This document shows, one piece after another, positions 55,101 through 64,000 of a DNA stretch of 64,000 nucleotides. Origin of the DNA: Saccostrea cucullata. Lineage: Eukaryota. The stretch is from NCBI RefSeq assembly GCF_032062105.1, contig NW_026920570.1, positions 1 to 64,000 of the forward strand, read 5' to 3'. The notes under the pieces were generated by a model that searched no databases, was not told where the DNA came from, and saw only the letters and a program-made list of their open reading frames with translations. The translations under genes and the position numbers were made by a program. The stretch's first letter is position 1; every line of letters starts with the position of its first letter.

Positions 55101-57017
55101 AGCCTCTTGAAACGATCTTCAGGAAACCTCTCTTGTCAGCTCCAAAAAGACTCCAGCGAATGTTACTACGCCTCCAGAAATACAACCTGGATGTTGTTTA
55201 TACTAGAGGAAAAGAAATGTTCATCGCAGATACCTTGTCTCGCGCGACTCCAGAGTATCGTGGACAGCACACTTCCAAACTCGCTGAGGAGATAGCACAC
55301 ATCCAACAGGCAGAGTGGGTTAGAAAGGTCACAGACTCAAGACTGAATCAAATCCGAAATTTGACAAACAAGGATGAGACTCCCCAGTCACTAAAGACAG
55401 TGATACTTTCAGGATGGCCTGATACTAAGGAAGACGTTCCTATTCCAATAAGACCATATTGGAATGTCAGAGACTCTCTCACAGTACAAGATGGTATTAT
55501 TTACCGCAGCAGCCATGTTGTAATTCCCAAAGCTCTTCGACCGGAAATGCTACGCCGCACTCATTCCAGCCATTTAGGAATTAAGGCTTGTCTACGGAAA
55601 GCTAGGGATTCGCTATATTGGCCTCTCATGAATGAAGAGATCAAGGATTTCGTCAGCAAGTGTAGCACATGCAGCACGTTTCAACGGAAACAACAGAAAG
55701 AACCGTTAATGACACATGATGTTCCAGACCAGCCATGGTCAAAACTTGGAATTGACATCTTTACTCTAAAGACTGAGGATTACCTTGTCACAGTTGATTT
55801 TTACTCTGATTTCTTTGAGCTCGACCTTCTTCCAGATACCACGGCAACCACAGTAATCAACTGTTTGAAACAACATTTCGCACGTCACGGAACACCAGAT
55901 GTTGTAATTACCGACAACGGTCCGCAGTTTAAATCAACAGACTTTCATGATTTTTCATGTAATTGGGAGTTTCAGCATATAACCTCCTCCCCGTATTATA
56001 GTCAGTCAAACGGGAAAGCAGAAGCAACGGTGAAGATCGCAAAGAACATGGTGCGCAAGGCTAAGAAGAATGGAGACGACCTGTGGAAATGCGTCTTAGA
56101 TTGGAGGAACACCCCAACAGTGGACATGGCCAGTAGTCCATCACAACGACTCATATCACGAAGGACTCGACATTCCTTACCTTTATCGCCGGAACTACTC
56201 CAGCCCAAACTTGTGGACGATGTAGCGAATAAAGTTAAGTGCAAGCGACAAAAGGCCAAATTCTACTATGACAAAACTGCTAAGGAACTACCAGAACTCG
56301 AAATTGGTCAACCAGTCCGCATGAAACATCATACAGAAAAGAAATGGAATTACGGTATGTGTGTGGAAATCGCTCTTACATCGTAGATATCAACAATAAA
56401 CAATATCGACGAAACCGAAGAGACCTTCGCGCAACAAACGAGCCATATGATGCCACCACTCCGTCGTTTATTCCAGAATTTGAGGATTCACTTGATGCTC
56501 CCTCAGTAACTTCCGAAAAACCCAAAATGAAAGACCATAAAGTTACCAAAACACCAACTCCTCAAAAGCCGAGTGAACCAAAGACCGTTACCGCCAGCCC
56601 AGTTAACCGCCGAACAAGTTCGCGTGCACCAAGGTTACCAAAAAACTCGAGGACTATGTTTTGTGATTTTGATATTTGTGAAAAGTTTAATTTCTGTTTT
56701 GCAATTATTTTACTGAACTTTTTCAAATGCAGAAAGTTTCATGTGAAAATTTACATGTGTGCTGTAATTCAGTTTTTATTTCTATAATGCAGAAATACTG
56801 ATGCTTTATGTTTCAAGATTTGTTTACATAGCAGGAACATTTTGATTGATATTGTCTAATGTTTAAACTTGTAAATGAATTTTTATTGTAATTGCCATTC
56901 ATTATCAAAGGAAGGGAGATGTTAGGATGTTATGTATGTTAATTAGTCTGACCCTTTTGTGTACTTGTGCATTACGTCATCACTTTATGTCGTTCAATAA
57001 AATGTTGAACTGAAACA
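52141..57017 (+). mobile_element. Young Mag-like Gypsy LTR retrotransposon
   Basis: Identical 98-bp LTRs (52141-52238, 56920-57017), 5-bp TSD GCAAA, tRNA-Leu PBS TGGTGTCAGAAGTGG, PPT AAAGGAAGGGAGA. Confidence 0.95.
52628..56386 (+). CDS. Single-ORF Gag-Pol (gag, two Zn knuckles, PR, RT, RNase H, integrase)
   Basis: CKYCGGKH..C..CNKCKKKNHFASVC; LDSGS; VMDD; CDAS..EKE..DH; HSSH..CSTC; DIF, DNG, AE; probable frameshift in the integrase C-terminal tail (~56370, continuing RSYIV..YRRNRRDLR). Confidence 0.92.
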   Translation: MASKDLPVPAAMLVKGDIRGNWKFFKSQWANYEIATGLVKKEQPIRIATILTVMGKDCFQIYENLPLSVQDREDIEKILEAIDGHFMPKTNVIYERYIFNTADQMPNESFDDYLCRLRELAKTCEFGDIMDQMIRDRIVLGTKDQSVRGRLLRESKLTLNSAIDMCRTSEITSSQLKKLQGQGQSDTNNNNTAQVNYAARGNKKHMKDTKQQKKSSTKPPKYQSKGDSKCKYCGGKHARGRNKCPAYGQTCNKCKKKNHFASVCQSASKTVLQLDETDDSYCDCESCYTVKTTHGKQWFTKVNMVIDDATRQDVICQLDSGSTCNILGFCQYCILTQNGCPPLKPTSKALRLYGGTSKLEPLGTVDITCSVQSNTECLNFYVVDTDQTALLSAEACEKLGLLTVNIVNSVDTSAEKNFEPLTRSQLLTTCHDVFEGLGSFPGEYKIEIDPTVKPVQHQPRKVHQAMKQEIHTKLKDLENRGVIKKVTTPTDWISSMLTVKKPGKLSICNDPRDLNKAIKRPHYIMPTLEDILPNLANAKVFSVLDAKEGFWHIKLDESSSFLTTFWTPFGRYRWLRLPFGISSAPEEFQRRQHEVLEGLSGAECVMDDIIVYGCGQTMESAIRDHDRNLTAVLQRAREVGLKLNKDKFKLRQTEVKYMGSILTTEGVRPDPDKVSAITNMKRPENVKAVQRFIGLATYLSRFLPHLSETCEPLRRLTDKGAIWSWQSQQEEAFQNVKRLVSHQPVLKYYNVHQEVTIQCDASEVGLGATLLQNGQPIAYASRALSKTEQCYAQIEKECLAIVFACERFDHYIYGKDCITVQSDHKPLETIFRKPLLSAPKRLQRMLLRLQKYNLDVVYTRGKEMFIADTLSRATPEYRGQHTSKLAEEIAHIQQAEWVRKVTDSRLNQIRNLTNKDETPQSLKTVILSGWPDTKEDVPIPIRPYWNVRDSLTVQDGIIYRSSHVVIPKALRPEMLRRTHSSHLGIKACLRKARDSLYWPLMNEEIKDFVSKCSTCSTFQRKQQKEPLMTHDVPDQPWSKLGIDIFTLKTEDYLVTVDFYSDFFELDLLPDTTATTVINCLKQHFARHGTPDVVITDNGPQFKSTDFHDFSCNWEFQHITSSPYYSQSNGKAEATVKIAKNMVRKAKKNGDDLWKCVLDWRNTPTVDMASSPSQRLISRRTRHSLPLSPELLQPKLVDDVANKVKCKRQKAKFYYDKTAKELPELEIGQPVRMKHHTEKKWNYGMCVEIALTS

Positions 57018-58801
57018 GCAAATTTAATTTATCATTGAGTCAAATGCTGACTGAAGTTTTTCAATCACACGGCGGGTGTGACTGTCGGCTGGAGATGTTC
57101 ACTCCTCCATGGTACCTGATCCAACCTCTGATGATACCTCAGAAAGCGCTCTAGGAATGATTCAACCAAATTATGAAAGTAAGTGTTACCTTTTGAATAA
57201 CAATAAATTAGCTTAGTCAATTTGCTTTGTTTTTTTTCTTCAATTTCAGAAAGCCTCATGGATTTTAACAGTTTGCTGGCTGGCGCTGGTAATTTTTGGA
57301 ATTTTCCAATTTGTACTCAATAGGCGCCAGAAAACTCATGCACGTCATGAAGTCAATTAACAGAGCCAGTACAGAACAGTCGTCATAGTGAAGAATCTAC
57401 GTCAAATATGATGTACACAATCACTTATGTCATAGACTTCATGACATCATATTTTGTGTCGATCATTGAATGAGTACTTACATGTATCTGACAGGTGAAA
57501 GGACGTACATGTATGACAACCATAATAGCCATAATATCATGGACACTTTCGGAGTTTTAGCATTCTTTTTCTTTATTACTGATTATAAAGATAGATAGAT
57601 GTTCATTATCAGCTCTTTTTTGTTTCTATATAAGCGTGCTTTCTGTTTAAACCTGCTTCTACCACTAATAAATGATCCTCATATGTTTATGCTTGATTTT
57701 TAAAATGAAAAATGCAAAATAAAACATGCCATTAATTTATATAATTATAATTAGGCAAAAATGGCGGATTTTTCAATTGTTACATATGTGTTGACAAATA
57801 AGTCTTTTAATCTATGTCTCTCATATTAAATATGGCAACCTATATATTTTTGTAATAATATTTAACCAAAAAAGCATTTTGTTGTATTTCAAACCATTAA
57901 GAAAGTGAAGGAGGAAAGACCTTAAGTAATACTGCTAAATTTTAAAATCAAATACCTTAAGGAAGCACACGATATCCAGTATATAAAAATGCCTTATTCT
58001 GAAAACATGTTCAAAGAAGTCGCCATTCCAATGCAAACTTTTCCCAAAAACCTGACAACCTTGTCCCACAAATTAGCCACATATTGTAATCAACATGTTT
58101 AAAGAAACCCAAACATTAATAAAAACTGTATTATATTTTTTAAACACGTTCACTTAAGTCCACATAAAGTACCATATATTGAATCTCGTTCAGTTCATTT
58201 GTAAATTAAATTTATAAAAACTCTTTACCTCCTTCAAATATTTGAAATCTTATAAAAATATGTATCTTTATCTTTACAATTTAATATCATGTTTCTAACG
58301 TAATATATGTATAATATATAATAAAATGTACGAAAAGCTAAATCGCTCTGCAAAGGCGGATTTCGGTAATAAAATTAATTTCAAATCTTCAATATGTTTA
58401 TGTTAAGATTTTTTTCGCACAATAACGGTATGATACATGTATATGGCGAACATCTGTTTCCGCAGGAAATGTTGAATGTTGTAATTGTTGTGCAATTGCT
58501 TTCGTAAGATTTAAATCTATGTATTTTTTCATTAATTAGTGGTGAGAACACTCCCGGAATCGGTCTTTTCGTACCTAGGACTATATAAAAAATTATGCGG
58601 AACAAACTCTGAATGAAGTTGTTTCTAGGAATAATTTAAAAGGACACTTTACATTGATTTTCAAAACTCAAACTTATATGCTCGGATTATAAGAGGAGAT
58701 TTAAAAATGTAAGTCTAGGATTTTTAGAGTAAATGTATAAGCATATTAGTATTATAATATAAAATAAATATAAACCATACTCATTTTAAAAATACATTTA
58801 C

Positions 58802-59277
58802 ACCTGGTTTGGTATGGGGACACACCCTCTTGACAACCAGCTGAATCATCTGTATCCATACAATCCCCCCATTTCCAGTCCTTGGGATTTAAGGGAAATT
58901 CCAGATTTAATAAATGTACCTTTCACTTCAAACAGTAGGTCGATCTTACCTCATGTACACAAACATCATGTCTGCTAGATCTGTGTATCAGTTATTACCT
59001 CCCCTTGTTTCATATCACTTCCGTTACTAGGGATGTATTATTGAGCAGCAAATTTGAACTCATAAAAAGCAACACAATTTTACACCCACAGTTGTTTAAT
59101 TATTTTAGAATTAAATTATAAGGAATGACTCTAATTCGTGGCCAAATTATGCGATGATAACCTGGTTTGGGTCAGTTTACGCTTTTTTATAATCCGCTTC
59201 GCGCATTATAAAGCGTAAACTGACCCAAACCAGGTTATCATCGAATAATTTGGCCAAGAATTAGAGTCATTCCTTAA
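58802..59277 (+). mobile_element. ~470-bp non-autonomous element with terminal ~155-bp palindrome (copy 1)
   Basis: Near-perfect hairpin 59120-59275; inverted second copy at ~60600-61034. Confidence 0.7.
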
Positions 59278-59456
59278 TAAATTTGTCTGCCTGCTCCATC
59301 ATCAAGGAATTTTAAAATATTTATAAAGAATAGAAATTGGTTGAAATAGTACATAGGATAGTCTTATATAGAATTCGAAAATGTAGATTTTAAAAAAGGT
59401 GTTAATGGAAATCAATACTCAAAATAAAAATGTCAAAAGTGTAACCTAGACTGTTT

Positions 59457-59648
59457 ACTGTATACAGGGTTATTTTCGCCCCGTGTTACTTTCGCCCTTT
59501 CACATCTAAAAACAAGTTTGCCCCGTTTTAAATTCGCCCAAAAAGATTTTTATTTAAGATATTATATAGTTTACTTTGGATTCGCCCCGTTTAAAATTCG
59601 CCCACGTCAGACAAGGGCGAAAGGGGCGAAAATTTCCCTGTATACAAT
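59457..59648. mobile_element. Small MITE
   Basis: TGTATACAGGG...CCCTGTATACA TIRs with internal TTCGCCC repeats. Confidence 0.6.
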
Positions 59649-59795
59649 AATCACTGTTTCTGTCACATTGTAAACTTTTTACCGATCTTAATAAACACGC
59701 CCCCTAATTAACATTATTGTTGCATGATCAGTGACCAATTTTTAATGACTTATCAATTAAATGTTTAGTCATTTCCTTTACTGAGGAAAATCGAC

Positions 59796-62190
59796 ATGGA
59801 TGTATCAAACTTTCTGTTGTTGGTTAATATATTTGTTTATTTCGTAATTGTTTCTTGTGGTTTTGCTATTTCAAATTCGCTAGGTGTTTCACGTGTAAGT
59901 ACATTGTATACAATTTAGATAACATGAATATTGTATATGAAAACTATATAGCTACATTTTTTTTACTAACATTAACTTAAATTTTTCTGATTGATTTGTA
60001 AAACAAACCTGCATACGTATATCAAATATTTATAGATCTATGTTGTACCCGATGTTGGTAAAATAATACAATTTCAATAAATATACACTGTAGAGATGAA
60101 AGGTCACAGATAAACTTTTGACATAGGCATATCGAATAGAGGGTTTCTTTAGTGAATGTAAAATTTGGCATTCTGTTCTTTTATTCCTGCATTGTTTTCC
60201 TGATTTTTATTTTGCAAATTTAGCAATTGAATTGAGTATCAAAGTGAAATACCTATCATATACGCCAATCTTTTTATTTCATCTTATACGTCTTTTCACA
60301 GATTAGTTCAGGCGGTTGTTTGTTGTCCTCCACCCTTAAACCTTACAACTCCGGGATATATTTATTGGTGTATAGCAACAAATTCAATTGTGAATTCCCG
60401 ATCTACAGTGGTGTAATTTTTTGCATTTTTTACGCTCTTGGGATGGCGATTTACAACTTGTACACCATTAATAAAGCTCAGAGGGACCCATCCATTGTGT
60501 GAGTCTCTCTCTCACTCTCTCTCTCAATGTTTAGAACATGTAAAAGGGCTAAAATGTTAGTTTGCGTGTCTTTTATTTGTGTTTTACTAGAAATATATTT
60601 TAAGAATGACTCTAATTCTTGGCCAAATTATTCGATTATAATCTGGTATGGGTCAGTTTACCCTTTATAATCCACGATAAAAAAGCGTAAACTGACCCAA
60701 ATCAGGTTATAATTGAATAATTTGGCCACAAATTAGAGTCATTACTTATAATTTAATTTTAGAATAATTAAACAACTTCAAATTTGCCGCTCAATAATAC
60801 ACCCCTAGAAAGGAAAATGATATGAAACAAGGGGAGGTAATAACTGATACACAGATCTAGCAGCCATGATGTTTGTTTACACGGGGTAAGATCGAGCTAC
60901 TGTTTGAAGTAAAAGGTACATTTATTAAATCTGGAATTTTCCATGTACCCCAAGGACTGGAAATGAGGGGATTGCATGCATACAGATGATTCAGCTGGTT
61001 GTCAAGTGGGTGTGTCCCCATACCAAACCAGGTTATTGAGAAATAATTTGCGTTCCTTTTTGGAAATCAACCAATGAGAAACTAGAGTACAAACAAAACT
61101 AAATTATATTTTGATAATCGAAAAACTGATATCAACTATATTAAGCTATTTTCAATATATAATTAGCGCGTTACTCAATTTGTTTGCACACACCGATGCA
61201 GACTTTATCTTAACAATAAAATAATGCTTTAATGTTTATATTGATATTTTTGAACTCTCTGCATTGACTGCAAATGTGATTTATGTTTCAAAATCCATGA
61301 AAGACATGAAGATAAATAACAGCATTCAATATTAAAGTCCATAAATCTGTAAAAAAAAATACGAGCAGAGAAAACACATACCTACAAATCATTATAGGCT
61401 GGATCAAGTAGCATGGATGAGTGAGCATCCCCTGTCGACCAGTCACACCAGCTGTGTGCTCCTTGTCATGATCGGGAAATAACGGAAAAATCCTTCGCCA
61501 AGTGTAAAAATAATCGACTAAAATATCGAATTAAATTCGTGAATGCATTATCCTTCGGATAAGCTATTGTTGATGGAAGAGCCAACGCAACAGTTTCTGT
61601 TCAATGTGAGCTTGATTTTCGTTTTTGACGTTGCACTTCCAAGGTGTTCAACATTTGTGACGTCAAAATAAAACGTAACCTTTTTCCTTTAGGCAACGCA
61701 TCCATGTTATTGTGTTTTCAATGTCGTAAATTTCTAGACGCTTTTATTCAAAATACATGTGCTATGAAAACATTGATACTAATCTTTATTTGATGAGAAT
61801 TTTTATTAGAATCTCAGATAGGGTTAATGCTGTATGGAACCCCTGTGTTATATTCAGGTCACAGATGTGGGTTTTCCCATTTATTTTGCTTAACTCAGTG
61901 GTGACAGTTCTTATGCTTGTTGCCTCCTGTATGGTCAGTGTTGGTTTTAAGGAATTATGTGACTCATTGACGAAAGCAAAACACAAGTACTATCCCAGGT
62001 AAAAATTAATACTGTAAAAGTTTCTCCTTACACACTAAATCATTTACAAAGCCATATGTTTTGTAACGGTGCTTACTCAGAATTTATATTTTCCAGTTGT
62101 ATAGAAGCAGAAAATCAGAATCTTCAGTTACTGCCAACAAAGGAAACAACTTCTACGGGACGCTTCTACACCTTAATTAATAATACTCAG
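59796..62190 (+). CDS. TMEM179-like multi-pass membrane protein, exons 59796-59894, 60302-60498, 61858-61998 and 62097-62190 (3' exon not found in window)
   Basis: All GT-AG with compatible phases 0/2/2; MDVSNFLLLVNIFVYF..GGCLL..C..VASCMVSVGFKELCDSLT..SC..FY..Q resembles the TMEM179 pattern IASTIVSVGFTMWCDTIT..SC..FY. Confidence 0.7.
60600..61034 (-). mobile_element. Inverted copy 2 of the palindrome-ended element
   Basis: Reverse complement of 58802-59277, including its own hairpin at ~60602-60745. Confidence 0.7.
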
Positions 62191-64000
62191 GTAATCGTGT
62201 CTACCAAATAAAAACTAAATCAAATTAACAAGAATTGTCTTTCGGAATTTCCCAGCAATATGTTGAGAAATGATGACATACTTTTAATAATTATCGTGAC
62301 TTTATGAACTAGTTCAAATTTCTATTGTTAAATCCCCCTATATAGAATTGAACCTCTATCGTCTGCATTCTTACTTTAGTTACAAAATTAACTTTGAAAA
62401 AAAATTAGCAAAAAAAGAGTAAAATTCTCCTGGTTTCGGGTTAGTATGAAATATCTGACGTTTTTCAGTCTTTTTATTACGGTTTTGATGTTTTAATAGT
62501 CTGAAGTCGACATCAAAAAGATGCTTGAGTTTCTGATTGACAATATCTATGTTGTTTTTTGCGACCAGGACGACTTCCAACAATCTATTAGAATTCCCAT
62601 AGGTACCAATTGCGCCCTGTTGTTTGCAGATCTAGTTTTGTATTTATATGATGCAGAATTTGTGCAAAATCTTATGCGTGAAAAGAAGAAAACACTTGCT
62701 GTCGTCTTCAACTTGACATTCAGATATATCGTCGACGTATTGTCAATTAACAATTGTACGAGAACTGTTCAATAAATAATGTCCTCAGTGCTCAAAAAGG
62801 AAAAAAAACGCTATTCATTGATTTAGTCTCGATTATTTAACTTAAATATTCTCTTTTAATTAAAACATATGTCGGTAACAATTATATACAGCTTCTGATT
62901 GTTTTTCGAACACATTTTTGAGTATGGCCCTTCGTATACTGGATTATGGCAGATCTTATGATTTCCCAGACTTGTTTCATCTTTCTGAATGATGTTTTCT
63001 TCAAGTTTAGAAAATGAAACAAGCCAAAGGGTGAAAGATCTTAAAAATATTGCTGGTGTGAGAAAAGATCAATTACCTGTCTCCTTTACCCTTCATGATG
63101 TGTGAGTTTGGACATTGTCATGAAGGCATTTAATGTAGTGCATTCCTGCATTCCTGCTTTTGGTTCCTCCTGCTCGTAAACATTTCGACATCTTTTTGCA
63201 AAAAAAACAAAACTTTTTAGACTTCTCCAGAAATTGAACCGCCTCCCTGAATGAGAATTTGAAGAACGAGATCACTTATATTTAAATAAAGGCATAATAC
63301 ACTTTTTGTGGTTTTTATCTCTTTGTGGTCTTCTCAGACTTTGGCTATTTTTGTCCGCTGCATCTTATTGTAAATTTGTTTTGAGGGTTTCAAGCAATGG
63401 ATTCAAGTTTCACTTTCTGTTTGAATTTCAGACAAACGTTCATAACTTTAATTTTTGATGTTTTAAAAATAATTATCTAGATATTCTATCGCGCAGTCGT
63501 TTCCACTCATTTTTCAAAGCATAGGGTGACATTTAAGCACTAAGCTTTTAACTGTCAAATGTTTCTTAAAAAACAGTGTAAACTACCCCCAAAATGTTGC
63601 CTATCAATTTTGCTATGTAATTTAAAGTCAATAATATATAGATCGTAGGTGATAATTTATTGAATTGTAGCAAACAGCACACTGGTTGTTGTAAGTTATT
63701 GTCGCCAAGGACGGTACCCATTTTTTATGCCCATCATGTCATTTTTGTTATTGAAATGCACCTGTTCATGTGTCTATAATACAAACATTGCTTGTTGTAA
63801 GTGTCACGACTATTCCAGTGAATATTTTTGTGGGATTCTTGTCGAGTTTTACAGCAGATTTAATGAAGTGTTAAATATCACTCTAGTTTACTTATTCTTT
63901 ACCATTCATTTTTAATGCAGAGTCTCGAATAGCTCTTGTTTTCCAGTTTCTCACAATGAAACTATGTAATGAAAAGTGGTCACATCAACTGTAATAAATT

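Larger units (their letters stand above)
51505..57135 (+). pseudogene. Penelope-like (Naiad/Chlamys-type) RT remnant split by the Gypsy insertion
   Basis: Degenerate MLEFL.NNIY..GI.MGTNCAPLLADLF.YSY, TFRYI, KLYEKRDD, SQMIRYAGAC, KFYGR at 51520-52140, resuming at 57023; second partial copy at ~62500-62757. Confidence 0.65.

Noticed and set aside
57065-57135. Hammerhead ribozyme in the Penelope-like 3' region (CTGATGA at ~57128)
   Set aside because: Could not build the three stems and GAAA core by eye; needs a covariance-model search

Overview
AT-rich animal genomic DNA, most likely an oyster or other bivalve (inferred from RING-less B-box/NHL TRIM-like genes, a ~169-bp satellite inside a HINE/Helentron-type element and Penelope-type RT remnants). 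The centre is a near-complete endogenous Polinton/Maverick (adintovirus-like) at 19943-49737, about 21 kb once nested insertions are removed. Its pPolB, packaging ATPase, major and minor capsid and adenain protease ORFs are open. Its integrase is split by a Gmr1-type Gypsy element (35301-41126), and a promoter is split by a TIR element (25008-27883) that itself holds an internally deleted RTE LINE. The accessory genes look like a counter-defence set: a GADD34/ICP34.5/DP71L-like PP1-eIF2alpha recruiter overprinted on another ORF, a BIR-RING IAP, a macrodomain, two RING proteins, a hidden CCHC-knuckle gene and an apparently catalytically dead CRESS-virus Rep (HUH) domain. The best candidate for a new system: the pPolB promoter is preceded by seven regularly spaced ATF4/C/EBP (CARE/AARE) motifs plus a CRE, and the same element encodes an eIF2alpha-phosphatase mimic. 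This suggests a provirus that is switched on by the integrated stress response and then cancels it (hypothesis, untested). The flanks hold a tandem TRIM-like gene/pseudogene pair, a young Mag-like Gypsy with identical 98-bp LTRs, a duplicated TMEM179-like gene and many MITE/HINE remnants. All homology calls come from motif recognition by eye, not database searches, and some frameshifts may be assembly errors.
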